Shown here: one piece after another, positions 38,649-49,622 of the stretch
Position numbering within the stretch: the stretch's first letter is position 1
Layout of the letters: every line of letters starts with the position of its first letter
Origin: Desulfosudaceae bacterium
Lineage (GTDB): Bacteria; Desulfobacterota; Desulfobacteria; Desulfobacterales; Desulfosudaceae
Length of the DNA stretch: 64,000 bases
Direction: 5' to 3'
Assembly: GCA_963674745.2 (NCBI GenBank)
Contig: CAXXDV010000003.1
Location: 288,001-352,000, forward strand
Notes under the pieces: generated by a model
Database searches by the model: none
What the model saw: only the letters and a program-made list of their open reading frames with translations
Told to the model about the DNA's origin: nothing
Program-made: the position numbers and the translations under genes

Positions 38649-39521
38649 TTACTTTTCTTTACCCTGCAGCTCGGGATGGATCAGCGGCACGATATAGGCC
38701 AGGGCTTCGGCAAAGCTGACCGGTGTCGGGCTGCAGACAATTTCCGGATCCAGCACGTAAATCTGACCGGTTCTGGACGCATTCAGGGCGTGGTAGCCCA
38801 TCCAGGTTTCTTTCTCTTTTTCAGCACCTGTTTTATCCGATCCCATGGTGGCAATAAGGATAACGTCGGGATTATTGGCCATTACCTTTTCACGACTGTA
38901 ATTGCCCGACGTTTCCTCCGCCGCCACATTGATGCCACCGGCAAAGGTAATGTATTCATTTATAAAAGTCCCCTTGGGCGAAGTGTGCAGGGGGTTAAAT
39001 CCGATTTGGATAAACACCTTTCGTGGCGCCAGCCGACGGGTACGGCGGGTTATGTCATTAACCTTCGCTCGGGCTTCGTTGATAATCGCCTGTGCCTTTT
39101 CCGCTTCTCCGACCAGGTGGCCCAGTGTCGACATCATGGTGCAGATTTTTTCAAAAGTGGCCGGATTTTCGTACTGCTCCACCCGGATACCCAGGCGCTT
39201 CAACAGCTTGAGCTGGTTTTCGTTGGCCAGAGGGTTGGCGATGACGATATCCGGATCCAGGCTGATGATTTTTTCCACGTCCGCCTGGATAAGAGAGCCG
39301 ATTTTTATTTTGTTTTTAGCGTCTTCCGGAACATTGCAGTAAGTGGTGTCGGCAATGAGGCGATCATCGGCGCCAAGCAGGTAGATCATTTCCGTAATCA
39401 GCGGGCCCAGGGAAATAATGCGCCGGGGAATTTCAGCGTATACCTGAGTTGTAGGCAGGGTCATTCCCCAGAAGACAATCAAAGTCGTAGCCCATTTTTT
39501 TAATATTTTACGTTTTAACAC
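38649..39521 (-). CDS. Cobalamin-binding periplasmic protein (BtuF-like)
   Basis: RIISLGPLITE..Y.LG, YCN.P, E.I.SL.PD, AGG.N. Confidence 0.85.
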   Translation of the reverse strand: MLKRKILKKWATTLIVFWGMTLPTTQVYAEIPRRIISLGPLITEMIYLLGADDRLIADTTYCNVPEDAKNKIKIGSLIQADVEKIISLDPDIVIANPLANENQLKLLKRLGIRVEQYENPATFEKICTMMSTLGHLVGEAEKAQAIINEARAKVNDITRRTRRLAPRKVFIQIGFNPLHTSPKGTFINEYITFAGGINVAAEETSGNYSREKVMANNPDVILIATMGSDKTGAEKEKETWMGYHALNASRTGQIYVLDPEIVCSPTPVSFAEALAYIVPLIHPELQGKEK

Positions 39522-39526
39522 GTTCG

Positions 39527-41557
39527 TTATTCCCGGTGCTTCTGGTATATGCCGGTCAACAGGGCGTTAAAGGCGGTTTTTATCACAATCGGCAGATCGT
39601 CCCGGGTGATATGATTATTTATCTGCGTCATCTCTTTTTCCGCCACCTGCGAGCAGATGTCAAGCGCCAGGCGATTAAAGGCGGTTAAATCCGTCAGCAG
39701 TCCCTTCTCATAATCATCATTGACCGCCAGGGCGGTTTCCACAAAACCGGCAAAAGCAGGGTCCAGCAAAAGTGTTTCAATATCCGCGACGATTTTGTTC
39801 GCCGGCCGGCTGCATTTACAGGCGGCCGGGTCGACCAGATGATACAACGAGATATCCCGTTCTGACAGGCGCTGGAATATGCCCCTTTTTTCCGTCAGGT
39901 GGTTCTGTTTCCGCACCGCCTCTTTGACGCCGGCGTAGACCGCTTCGGCGATCATTTGACCGAGCCGGGAATGGCCGCCGGCGTTTTCAAGCGGTTTTTG
40001 CTTTCCCATGCCCTGAACGACGATGATGTTGTCGGTGCCGGTGCCGGTGGCCCGGTATCGGCCGTGATTAAAGCTGCTGCGAATGTCCATGTCCAGCAGG
40101 GCCGCTGTTTTGGCTTCGGTAGCGGTGATGACGGCCCTGGACATGGCCCGTCGGGTCAGGGGTATGCTGGAAAGAATGATCATATTGATGGTGCCGGGCT
40201 CATAATAGCGCCCCTCGTCGGCCGACATGCGCAGGGCATTGGATTTGACACCCGCTGTTACAAAGGCCCATATGGTCAGATCTTTAAATGAGGCTTTTTG
40301 AATGGACAGGTTGTCCATATCGGCACCGGTGAACAGCAGTGCGGCACTTTTTTCGCTGCGGTCGAGAACCTTCAGCACGTGGCGCTGGAAAGTGTCGATC
40401 CCGATGCTGTGGCTGATAGGCCAGCAGGGGGGCGGAAAATAATGATTGCCAACGGTCCTGATGTCGTCCCGCCAGCCTTCTAAGGTAGAAAGAACGGTCA
40501 CGGGTTTTGTGAAATCCAGGACCAGGGTTTTGTGAATAAAATCATAAATCCGGCTCTGAACGATACGGCCGTCCTTTACATAATCCGGCATGTCAATCGT
40601 GGGGGATAGCCCATCGGTTTCCACGACCGCTTCTTTTTCGACCAGGTTGCCGGTGTCTGAAAACGATTTGGTATAAATTGAAGCAGCCAGCCAGGCCACA
40701 AAATCTCCGGTATGGGTGGCCGCCCGGCAGGTCAGGTCACAGGGGAAATAATAAACCCGGTTGTTTCTGACCGCGGAGACGTCTTTCCAACCGGTCAGTT
40801 TGAAAAAGGCCGCGGCCGTGCGGTCGTCTCCTTTGCAGCCGTAAATAAACTGGGGATCAAAGGACTGCCACTGGTCCCTGGTTACGGGAATGACCGCACC
40901 GTTTCGTTCAATGCCATGGGGAAGGCCGCCGGCGGCACGGATGATCTCATTCTGGAAGGAATCCAGGCCGGGGGTCATGATCGTTTTTTTACCCATCAGC
41001 CGGATGACCCGCTGTTTATCTTTTTCCGGTATTCCGGCTGTTTTTCGGGCAATCAGGTCAAGGTCGGCTTTGATCCGGTTGATGATTTGGGCGGCCTTTT
41101 CTTTTTTGCCCAAAAGCAGTCCCAGCTGGTGGATCGTTTCAAAACTTTTGGCCAGGGTGCCGGTCTCAAGAAAAAGGACCGGGATGCCAGTGTCTGCAAA
41201 GCGCTCTTCCACGGCCAGGTGCATGTCCGAAAGAAAGATAATGTCGGGCGCCAGTGCGGCAATGGTATCAAGCGAAGGGGAAGAAAAACCGCCCACGACG
41301 GTCATCTTGTGGTCCGGGTCAAGATCCGCGTCGTGATAGGTGATACCTTTTAACGCGCCCCGGGCACCCAGCGCGAATATGATTTCCGTAATCGATGGCA
41401 CCAGGCTGACCGCCCGTTGAAAGGGCTTATCAATTTCGACCGGCTGAAAGTTGACGTCCAGGATGGTGTCGGAAAAACAGCCCCCCGGTGTTGGCGCGGC
41501 TATCATGAACAGCCATATGATGATAACGGCCGTCGGCCGGGTTAATTTTTTGTGCAT
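39527..41557 (-). CDS. cbiZ: BtuF-like binding domain fused to adenosylcobinamide amidohydrolase
   Basis: N-half VSLVPSITE...AV.N.RVY. C-half FTGADM, VTAGV.SNA, GTIN, TATEAK, ATGTGTD, GGHS.LG. First gene after riboswitch 3. Confidence 0.85.
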   Translation of the reverse strand: MHKKLTRPTAVIIIWLFMIAAPTPGGCFSDTILDVNFQPVEIDKPFQRAVSLVPSITEIIFALGARGALKGITYHDADLDPDHKMTVVGGFSSPSLDTIAALAPDIIFLSDMHLAVEERFADTGIPVLFLETGTLAKSFETIHQLGLLLGKKEKAAQIINRIKADLDLIARKTAGIPEKDKQRVIRLMGKKTIMTPGLDSFQNEIIRAAGGLPHGIERNGAVIPVTRDQWQSFDPQFIYGCKGDDRTAAAFFKLTGWKDVSAVRNNRVYYFPCDLTCRAATHTGDFVAWLAASIYTKSFSDTGNLVEKEAVVETDGLSPTIDMPDYVKDGRIVQSRIYDFIHKTLVLDFTKPVTVLSTLEGWRDDIRTVGNHYFPPPCWPISHSIGIDTFQRHVLKVLDRSEKSAALLFTGADMDNLSIQKASFKDLTIWAFVTAGVKSNALRMSADEGRYYEPGTINMIILSSIPLTRRAMSRAVITATEAKTAALLDMDIRSSFNHGRYRATGTGTDNIIVVQGMGKQKPLENAGGHSRLGQMIAEAVYAGVKEAVRKQNHLTEKRGIFQRLSERDISLYHLVDPAACKCSRPANKIVADIETLLLDPAFAGFVETALAVNDDYEKGLLTDLTAFNRLALDICSQVAEKEMTQINNHITRDDLPIVIKTAFNALLTGIYQKHRE

Positions 41558-41589
41558 GGTTTTTCCCTTTTGATTGCTTCGGACCGGGC

Positions 41590-41625
41590 AAAAAAAAACC
41601 GGACCGAAAAATTGGTTCGATCCGG
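41590..41625 (-). terminator. Expression-platform terminator of riboswitch 3
   Basis: Minus strand CCGGATCGAA...TTCGGTCCGG followed by T9. Confidence 0.75.
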
Positions 41626-41694
41626 GATTTCCCTTTTTTATCCTGAAAACCGATCAAGTTCGCCCCGATGCCGCGCCAGGCGATAATCTCATGT

Positions 41695-41857
41695 TCAGGC
41701 AGGTCTTCTGACTCCCGGATCATCCTGCCGACCGCGCCTTCCCGTTTTTAGCTTCAAAAACAGTGACTTTATGCGATGGCCGTCCCCGGTTACAGCGGCG
41801 GGCCCGTCTCCGACTTACACGGTGTTCCCTTTTGATCCTCCTGGGAGGAACCTGAAC
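41695..41857 (-). ncRNA. Cobalamin riboswitch 3
   Basis: Minus strand AAAAGGGAACACCGTGTAAGTCGGAGACGGGCCCGCCGCTGTAA...CACTG...GGGAAGGC...AGTCAGAAGACCTGCC. Promoter TTGACA-17-TAAAAA at 41872-41900. Confidence 0.92.
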
Positions 41858-42043
41858 AAGTATTGGCATTATTTTTAGAACCAGGCCCCTTTTTTGTCAA
41901 GGAAAATTACGGCCGCGTTTCAGGTTGCATTCAGGTATACCCTGTCATATTATCAAAAAATACCGGCCTAAAACAATCATTAACCCGGATATTTCATGAA
42001 ATATCCGGGTTAGAAGACAGACTTTAAACCGGAATATTCCGCC

Positions 42044-43579
42044 ATGAAAACAAACAGGACCGTTAAGTCCTTTCGTTATACAGATCTGTTTGCATACCTG
42101 TTTTTGATCATCATCATTCTGATCGTTTTCGGACAGATCACCGGCCATGAATTCATTAATTTTGATGATGATATCTACATTACCAGCAATATTCATGTAA
42201 AAGCCGGTCTGTCATCCGAAAGCGTTGCCTGGGCATTGACAACCATGAAGGCGGAATTCTGGCACCCTTTGACGTGGTTGTCTTTGATGCTGGATACCCA
42301 ACTCTATGGCGTAAAAGCCGGCGGGTATCTGTTTACCGGCCTTTTACTGCATATATTCAGTACCCTTTTTTTGTTCGGAATTTTTAAAAACATGACCGGT
42401 TCCGTGTGGAACAGCGGGCTGGTGGCGGCACTGTTTGCGATTCACCCCCTGCATGTGGAGCCGGTCGCCTGGATCGCGGCGCGCAAGGACGTCCTGAGTA
42501 CCTTTTTCATGATGCTGACCGTATTGTGTTATCTCCGATATGTTAAAAAACCGGGTATGATAACGTACCTGTCGGTCTGTTTATGTTTTGCGGCCGGGTT
42601 AATGGCCAAACCCATGCTGGTGACATTGCCCTTTGTCCTGCTTTTACTTGATTACTGGCCCCTCGAGCGGGCAGGTGCAAACGGTGGCATTACTTTTTCC
42701 CGGGTGAAAGCCCGGGTATGGGAAAAAATACCTTTATTGTTTTTGTCCGCTGCCGCCGGTGCCCTCGCCGTGCTTGCACAGAAAGCCGGCGGGGGGATCG
42801 GAACAATGCAGACCTATCCGTTTTCCCTCCGCATAGCCAACGCGTTGGTGTCCTATGTCGGTTACCTGTCAAAAACCGTCTGGCCCCGTGACCTGGCTTT
42901 TTTTTATCCCTATCATTTTGATTTTTCGGCGGCCCGCACAGGCGTTGCGCTGACAGTTGTTGTTCTGTTGACATTATTATCCCTTAAACTGTGGAAGCGC
43001 TGTCCGTATCTTATCGTCGGCTGGCTCTGGTATCTGGGAACACTTCTGCCGGTGATCGGGCTCGTCAAAATCGGCGGGGCGGCCATGGCGGACCGGTACA
43101 CCTACATTCCGCTGATCGGTATCTTTGTTATGATCAGCTGGGGTGTCTCCGATTTGCTGAAGCATACGCGATGGAAAAGGGGCGCCTTTGGTGTTTTTTC
43201 CATTGTACTGATCATTCAGTTTATGGCCATTGCCCGGGTGCAAACCGGTTACTGGTCTGACAGCACACGCTTATTCGAACATGCTATTGAGGTCACGGAA
43301 GACAACTATATGGCCCATAATAATCTCGGCAATATCAAATTCCGGCAGGACAAAATTCATGAGGCCATGGCACATTATGCCGAAGCCCTGCGGATCAGGC
43401 CTGACTTTCCCGAAGCATTAAACGGGATGGGGGCTTCCCTGGTTCGCAGCGGAAGGATAGACGCGGCGATTGATTGTTTTCAACAGGCCCTGAGGTTGAC
43501 ACCGGATAACACGATTATACGTAACAACATTGACAAGCTCGAGGCTTTAAGCAAGAGCAGGAAGCAGAACCGTAACTGA
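42044..43579 (+). CDS. TMTC-like GT-C glycosyltransferase with TPR repeats
   Basis: FINFDDDIY, WHPLTWLS, HPLHVEPVAW, ADRYTY.P, W.DS..LF, and C-terminal TPRs (AHNNLG). Confidence 0.8.
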   Translation: MKTNRTVKSFRYTDLFAYLFLIIIILIVFGQITGHEFINFDDDIYITSNIHVKAGLSSESVAWALTTMKAEFWHPLTWLSLMLDTQLYGVKAGGYLFTGLLLHIFSTLFLFGIFKNMTGSVWNSGLVAALFAIHPLHVEPVAWIAARKDVLSTFFMMLTVLCYLRYVKKPGMITYLSVCLCFAAGLMAKPMLVTLPFVLLLLDYWPLERAGANGGITFSRVKARVWEKIPLLFLSAAAGALAVLAQKAGGGIGTMQTYPFSLRIANALVSYVGYLSKTVWPRDLAFFYPYHFDFSAARTGVALTVVVLLTLLSLKLWKRCPYLIVGWLWYLGTLLPVIGLVKIGGAAMADRYTYIPLIGIFVMISWGVSDLLKHTRWKRGAFGVFSIVLIIQFMAIARVQTGYWSDSTRLFEHAIEVTEDNYMAHNNLGNIKFRQDKIHEAMAHYAEALRIRPDFPEALNGMGASLVRSGRIDAAIDCFQQALRLTPDNTIIRNNIDKLEALSKSRKQNRN

Positions 43580-43594
43580 TCTTCGGGACAAGCA

Positions 43595-46500
43595 TCACGC
43601 CTCATCCATTCTCGTATCTATCTCGGCACCGGTTAGCAGGTTTTTGATCATATTTTTCAGGTAGTGCAGGTCTTCCAGTATGATGTAACCACAGGGGATC
43701 AGCAGAAGCGTGATGAATGTTGCGAACATCACACCGAATCCCAGACTGATGGCCATTGGAATCAGGAACCGGGCCTGCAGGCTTTTTTCCAGAAGCATGG
43801 GGGTGAGCCCGCCGAAAGTGGTTACCGAGGTCAGGATAATGGCCCGGAAGCGTAATTTACCACTTTCAATGACCGCTTGCTGAGCGTCAAAATCGTTTTC
43901 CAGGCGGAGATGGTTGACGCGGTCGATGAGTACCAGTGAATCATTGACCACCACTCCGGAAAGACCGACAATACCCAGCAGGCTCATGAAGCTGATGTTA
44001 TAACCCATCAACAGGTGCCCCAGAACAGCGCCGACAATGCCGAAAGGAATGGCTGCCATCACGATCAACGGCTGAGAAAAGGACTTAAAGGGCACGGCCA
44101 GCAGCGCATAGATACAGAACAGGGCGATAATGAATCCCCTGCGGATATCACCCATGACCTCTTTTTGTTCCTGTCCTTCCCCTTCAATCGTATAGCGTAA
44201 ACCGGGGTATCGGGTTTTTAAAAGAGGGAGAAAGTCACTTTCCAGGCTCTGCCTGATCTGGCTGGCGTTGGACATCTTTTCGTTGACATCGGCGGAGACT
44301 TTGATGACGCGCAGGCGCTGAGCGCGATCAATGGCGGCGTAACCTCGTTGCATGTTTACCTCGGCCACCGCGGAAAAAGGGACCTCATTGCCGTCGGCAG
44401 TGCGAATACGCATCTCTTCGGCATTGCCCAGGGATTTGCGTTCTTCGTCCGGATAGCGGACAAGTACTTTGATCTCGTCTTTGTCCCTCTGAAAACGCAT
44501 GGCTTCTGCGCCATAAAAAGCGTGGCGGACCTGTTGGGCCAGGTCGGCCAGTTTCAGACCGAGGTTGTCCGCGGCCGGCTTCAACTTGAGCTGCATTTCC
44601 ATCTTGCCGGGCAGAAAACTGTCGTTTATGTCAAAGACGCCGGAAAAGCCTTCCAACTCGGTTTTTAACTCTTCGGCCGCCTTCATCAGCACATTGTGAT
44701 CGTCCAGGGACAGATGCACTTCTATCGGATTCCCGGCACTGTGGATCTGGCTCTGGAAAACCAGTGATTCGGCATCCGGGACTTTGCCCACCCGTTGCCG
44801 CCATTCCCGAACCAGATCGGCAGCACTGATATTGCGCTTTTCGCCTTCCAGCAGTTGTATCCAGACCTGGGCCAGGTGGCCGCCGCTGTCTGCACTGCCG
44901 CGGTGTCCGAACTGGGCGCCTATTAAAGAAACCGTGTGCTCCAGCAACGGCGGGGCGTCATCCGGCCGGTCGGCATCTTTTTCCGCCAGCAGCTGCTGAG
45001 CGGTTTCTTCGATGTGTCTGACCACCGCCGTGGTACGTTTTTGGGGGAATCCGGAAGGCATGGTTATCTTGCATTCCAGGACGTCGCCCTCCACTTTTGG
45101 GAAAAAGGTGTATTTGATAATGCCGGCCGACCAGAGCCCGAAAGTGAGCAGGAGAATGGCTATACCGAAAGCCAGAGTGGCGTATCGCCAGCGGACACAA
45201 AATGTCACCAGGTTGTGATAAGGGACCTGTACGATCCAATTCAACCAGCGGGTCATTCGTTTGGACCGATGTCCGGCTTTCTTTATCGCCTTGCTGCGGG
45301 ACAGGTGGGCCGGCAGAATAAACAGTGATTCTACCAGCGAACCCAGCAAAACCACGATAACCACCAGCGGAATGTTGCGCATGAACATCCCCATGGAACC
45401 GCCGATATTCAGCAGCGGCCAGAAAGCCGCCATGGTGGTCAGCACGGCGAAAATTACCGGACGGCCCACTTCAAGAGTGCCGTTGATTGAAGCTGTTAAC
45501 TGTGTGCCGCCTTCTTCCTGATGACGAAAGACGTTTTCGCCCACGATAATGGCATCGTCCACCACGATACCCAGCACCATAATAAAAGCGAACAGGGAGA
45601 TCATATTCAAAGAAACATCGTAATGGGGCAGCATCATCAATCCAAAAGCGAAACTGATGGGGATACCCAGGGTCACCCAGAAGGCCAGTCGCAGATTTAA
45701 GAAAGCACCCAGCAGCAAACTGACCAGCAGCAACCCCAGGGCCATGTTTTTCATGAGCAGGTCAATGCGGCTTTTCAGGATGGTGGACATATCCCGGTAG
45801 TAATCAACAGAAACACCTTCAGGCAGGGTGGGTTGCAGTTGCCGGACAAAACGTTTAACCGTGGCGGCCACCGCCAGTGCGTTCTGATCGGCCACCCGGT
45901 AAACATTAATAATGGCCGCAGGTTTTCCCTGAAAACCGGCATACAGGTCAACATCGGCAAAACCTTCTGTAATCGAGGCAATTCGGTCAAGGGTGATCCG
46001 GCTGCCGTCAGGTCTGGTGATCACCGGGATATCCCGGAATTCATCGGCATAATAGCAGCGTCCCTTGGTACGGATGAGCACCTCGCCGGCTTCGGCATCG
46101 ACTTTCCCGGCCGGCAGATCCAGGCTGCTGCGGTTTACGGCCTGGGCCACGGCGCCCAGGGTCAGGCCATATTCCCGCAGTGTGGTTTCCGAGACATCGA
46201 TGTGAATCTCACTGGGACGCACCGCCGCCAGTTCGGCCACGGTAACACCCTTGAGGTTGGTTAAATCGTCCTGGGCGGTTTGTGCGATGTGTTTGATGGT
46301 GGCTTCGGGTACGTCTCCGTATATGGCGACACTGATGACCTGGGTCCGCCGTGTGATTTCCCGGACGACCGGTTCTTCGGCTTCCTCGGGCAGGGTGGTA
46401 ATCCGATCCACCTCGGATTTGACTTCATCCAGCAGTTTTTTGATGTCCCAGCCCCCCATGACCTCGATGGTCACCGTTCCGGAACCTTCTCTGGAAACCG

Positions 46501-46747
46501 AATCGATCCGCTTGATGCCATCCAGGCCGGCCACGTTTTCCTCGACGCGCCGGACAACGCCCTCTTCCACTTCTGAGGGGGAGGCACCCGGATAAGCGAC
46601 GGAGATGCTGATTTTATCCAGCTCACTTTCGGGAAAGATTTCCAGTTTGATGCCCAGGGCGGTGACGATGCCGGCAACCAGAAAAAACAGCATGAGCAGG
46701 TTGGCGGCGACATGATTTTCTGCAAACCAGGCGATTGTCGTCCTCAT
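43595..46747 (-). CDS. RND efflux permease (AcrB family)
   Basis: YPGASP.EVE, GIVVDDAIIVGEN, GVVVNDS, RFRAIILTS.TT; 1050 aa. Confidence 0.92.
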   Translation of the reverse strand: MRTTIAWFAENHVAANLLMLFFLVAGIVTALGIKLEIFPESELDKISISVAYPGASPSEVEEGVVRRVEENVAGLDGIKRIDSVSREGSGTVTIEVMGGWDIKKLLDEVKSEVDRITTLPEEAEEPVVREITRRTQVISVAIYGDVPEATIKHIAQTAQDDLTNLKGVTVAELAAVRPSEIHIDVSETTLREYGLTLGAVAQAVNRSSLDLPAGKVDAEAGEVLIRTKGRCYYADEFRDIPVITRPDGSRITLDRIASITEGFADVDLYAGFQGKPAAIINVYRVADQNALAVAATVKRFVRQLQPTLPEGVSVDYYRDMSTILKSRIDLLMKNMALGLLLVSLLLGAFLNLRLAFWVTLGIPISFAFGLMMLPHYDVSLNMISLFAFIMVLGIVVDDAIIVGENVFRHQEEGGTQLTASINGTLEVGRPVIFAVLTTMAAFWPLLNIGGSMGMFMRNIPLVVIVVLLGSLVESLFILPAHLSRSKAIKKAGHRSKRMTRWLNWIVQVPYHNLVTFCVRWRYATLAFGIAILLLTFGLWSAGIIKYTFFPKVEGDVLECKITMPSGFPQKRTTAVVRHIEETAQQLLAEKDADRPDDAPPLLEHTVSLIGAQFGHRGSADSGGHLAQVWIQLLEGEKRNISAADLVREWRQRVGKVPDAESLVFQSQIHSAGNPIEVHLSLDDHNVLMKAAEELKTELEGFSGVFDINDSFLPGKMEMQLKLKPAADNLGLKLADLAQQVRHAFYGAEAMRFQRDKDEIKVLVRYPDEERKSLGNAEEMRIRTADGNEVPFSAVAEVNMQRGYAAIDRAQRLRVIKVSADVNEKMSNASQIRQSLESDFLPLLKTRYPGLRYTIEGEGQEQKEVMGDIRRGFIIALFCIYALLAVPFKSFSQPLIVMAAIPFGIVGAVLGHLLMGYNISFMSLLGIVGLSGVVVNDSLVLIDRVNHLRLENDFDAQQAVIESGKLRFRAIILTSVTTFGGLTPMLLEKSLQARFLIPMAISLGFGVMFATFITLLLIPCGYIILEDLHYLKNMIKNLLTGAEIDTRMDEA

Positions 46748-47943
46748 GAGGTGCTCTCCCCGGTGGGCTGGGTGTCGGGTGTCGGGGGCAAATCGAGGAA
46801 CCTCACTTTCATCCCGTCGGTAACCGCCTTGAGCGGTGAAATTACCGCCAGGTCGCTGTCTTGTAACCCGTTACGGATGATGACCCCCCGTTCATCTTTT
46901 CGGGCAATCTCCACCGGGCGGAAATACAAACGACCCGTGTCCGGGTCAACCACCCAGACGGCGGACTCTCCGCGCAGGGCGGCCCTGGGTAAGACTGCGG
47001 CCTGTTCCAGGGGGCGACCGGCAATTTCAACTTCTACAAACTGGCCGACAGCCAACGGGGGCTGAGTGGCATAGGGGGCGGGCACACGTATGATGATATT
47101 GACCAGACGGGTCCTGGCATCTATGGCGCCTTCCGCGCGGAAGACGCGACCTGACCAGGTCATTTCCCTGCCCGCCACCCGGGCCCGGATTGTGGCTTTG
47201 GAACCGGTTCCCAGGCCACTGGTAAATCCGGGGACGGCCAGCCAGTTCAGGTCGTTGTTTTCCAGGGGGACCACGATTTCGGCGGTGTCAGTGGCATAAA
47301 GACCGGCCAGAACCTGTCCGGGCGTGACATACTGGCCCACATCCACCTGCTCGTCGGCTACCCGGCCATTGAAAGGCGCGGTGATCCGGGTCCGTGCCAG
47401 GTTCAGCCGGGCCTTTTCCAGATTGGCTCGCTGGGCGTCCAGGCCGGCCCGGGCGGCCATCAGTTGCGGTTCCCTGGCCACCAAAGGAGGCACGGGTATA
47501 TCCGGATTGATTCGCCGCCATTCCGCCTTGGCGGCAGCGGATTCCTGGAGGGCTGTTGCGTAATGACTTTCCGCCTCTTTAACACCGGCTTCAGCCAGAA
47601 TAACGGCAATTTCATAATCCCTGGGGTCAATGACCAGCAGTTCTTCATCTTTGATAAAACTGCCGCCGTTGACCAGGTTGTCCGACACCTGCACAACCTG
47701 GCCGCTGATCTGGGGCACAAGCCGGCTTTCGGTTGTTGCCTGGACCGTCCCAAGGCCGGTGATGGCCATTTTTACGGTGCCGATGTGTACCGGAACCGTA
47801 CGCACCAGCGGCAGGAGGTACTCCGACTGTTGATGCGCAGGACCTTTCCGGCATGCTTTAAACAGCATTAATCCCGTCACACCGATAATGATAAGGCCCA
47901 GTGTCACTGCCGTTTGAATAATGATCTTCCGTTTAGTTGTCAT
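46744..47943 (-). CDS. RND membrane-fusion protein
   Basis: N-terminal TM, PQISGQV, ITAPFNGRV, VGQYV, ID..TR. Confidence 0.9.
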   Translation of the reverse strand: MTTKRKIIIQTAVTLGLIIIGVTGLMLFKACRKGPAHQQSEYLLPLVRTVPVHIGTVKMAITGLGTVQATTESRLVPQISGQVVQVSDNLVNGGSFIKDEELLVIDPRDYEIAVILAEAGVKEAESHYATALQESAAAKAEWRRINPDIPVPPLVAREPQLMAARAGLDAQRANLEKARLNLARTRITAPFNGRVADEQVDVGQYVTPGQVLAGLYATDTAEIVVPLENNDLNWLAVPGFTSGLGTGSKATIRARVAGREMTWSGRVFRAEGAIDARTRLVNIIIRVPAPYATQPPLAVGQFVEVEIAGRPLEQAAVLPRAALRGESAVWVVDPDTGRLYFRPVEIARKDERGVIIRNGLQDSDLAVISPLKAVTDGMKVRFLDLPPTPDTQPTGESTS

Positions 47944-47949
47944 GCTGTT

Positions 47950-49416
47950 TTATCCGTTAACATGAGGCCTCTCTCCTGTTGCTTCCTGCTCCCAGTTTCC
48001 GCCCAGCGCCCGGTAGAGAGAGATGCGGTTGGTATATATCTGATACCGTGTTTTAGTCAGGCTGATTTCTGCCTGGAAAACGGCCTGCTGAGCGTCCAGA
48101 ACATTCATATAGTCAATTAAGCCCCGCTGGTATCGATCCAGCGCGGTCTCTTGCGTGGCGTTTGCTTCATTATAAAATATCTGCAACCGGTCCAGACGTT
48201 CGATCTGCTGCTCCCGTGTCAGCAGAGCGCCTTCTACCTCGGCAAATGCGGTCAACAGTGTTTTGGCGTAGTCGGCAAGTTGCTGCTGATAGCGGGCCCT
48301 GGCAGCTTTTTCAATGGCCTTGAGCTTTCCGGCGTCGAACAGGGGCTGGAAAATTCCGGCACCGATTTGCCAGAGTTCGCTTTCCGGTTTAAAAAGAAAG
48401 TCCAGTTCGTCACTGGCATAACCAAAACTGCCGGTCAGCGATATTCGCGGAAAACGGTTGGCCCGGGCCACGCCGATGCGGGCGCAGGCCGCTTCCAGCG
48501 CGGCCTCGGCCGCGCGGATGTCGGGCCGCCGTTGAAGCAGGTCCGAAGGAAGCCCGGCCGGGACCGGCGGCGGCAGGACGAACCGGCCGGGCCTCACCGG
48601 GTTTATTTCTTCAACCGAAGGATAGACGCCCTGCAGGACGGCCAGCGATTGGCGCGCTCGTCCCAGGGCTTCAACCAGGGATGGAATTTCCGCCTGGTAC
48701 TGGGCCAGGGCCTGTCTGGCCTGATGAACGTCCAGAATGGACGCCAGACCCAGTCGATATCTGTTCTCAACCAGATCAAGGCTTTCCTGAATCGTTTTTG
48801 TCAGTTGCCGGGTGATCTGTAGCTGCTCGGTCAATGATTGCATGGAAAAATAACGGCTGACAGCTTCGGCAATCAGGGATTGCGCAATCGTCCGACTGTT
48901 TTCTTCGGCGGCCAGCAGGTCGGCCCGGGCCGCCTGCGAAGCCCGCAAGAGACGTCCCCATAGATCGACTTCAAACGACGCCGGAAAAGCCAGAGAGAAA
49001 GAATCGCTTTTGATAACGATGTTGTCCTCCGTAAGGGGGTTGATCATGGGCTGTTTTTGCCGCCCGGCCTGGGCGTCCAGTCCCAGTGCCGGGAAACGGG
49101 CGGCCCGGGCCTGGACCTTCAGGGCATGGGCTTCCAGGACACTGGCTGCGGCTTTCCGGATATCGGGATTGCCTGTGATGACATTGGCTATTACCTGGTT
49201 CAACCGGGGGTCTTCAAATTCTTCCCACCAGTTATCATCTGAATCCCGGGAAGTTTCTTTTGGCCGGATGCCGTCCACCACGGCCGATAGATACTTATCA
49301 GGCAGGTTCAAACCGGTATCCGGTCTTTCATAATCCGGTCCCAGGCGCAGGCAGCCGGGTATGGCCAGGCCGACGAGTATCGCTACCACTGTCAAAAGAC
49401 TTGACGCGCGATTCAT
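47950..49416 (-). CDS. Outer-membrane efflux lipoprotein (NodT/OprM family)
   Basis: Lipobox-like IPGC..GPDYERP, WW..F.D..L, EVDLWG, PSDLL.RRPDI, LYRALGG.W. Confidence 0.9.
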   Translation of the reverse strand: MNRASSLLTVVAILVGLAIPGCLRLGPDYERPDTGLNLPDKYLSAVVDGIRPKETSRDSDDNWWEEFEDPRLNQVIANVITGNPDIRKAAASVLEAHALKVQARAARFPALGLDAQAGRQKQPMINPLTEDNIVIKSDSFSLAFPASFEVDLWGRLLRASQAARADLLAAEENSRTIAQSLIAEAVSRYFSMQSLTEQLQITRQLTKTIQESLDLVENRYRLGLASILDVHQARQALAQYQAEIPSLVEALGRARQSLAVLQGVYPSVEEINPVRPGRFVLPPPVPAGLPSDLLQRRPDIRAAEAALEAACARIGVARANRFPRISLTGSFGYASDELDFLFKPESELWQIGAGIFQPLFDAGKLKAIEKAARARYQQQLADYAKTLLTAFAEVEGALLTREQQIERLDRLQIFYNEANATQETALDRYQRGLIDYMNVLDAQQAVFQAEISLTKTRYQIYTNRISLYRALGGNWEQEATGERPHVNG

Positions 49417-49622
49417 GAATGTTGCGTCTCCGTTTTTAATTAGGGCCGAAGGAAACAATGCCGGGTTTTTCAGCCGGATTTACACACCCGTGTTCTATAT
49501 TTACAACGGGCTTTATGCCCGTGCAAAAAACCGCCGTGTATTTCAAACATGTATAAGAAACGATTGAAATATACGGCGGTATTAGTAAGTACCAGGTCCC
49601 CGGGAAAGTCCGTCTGTTCAGG

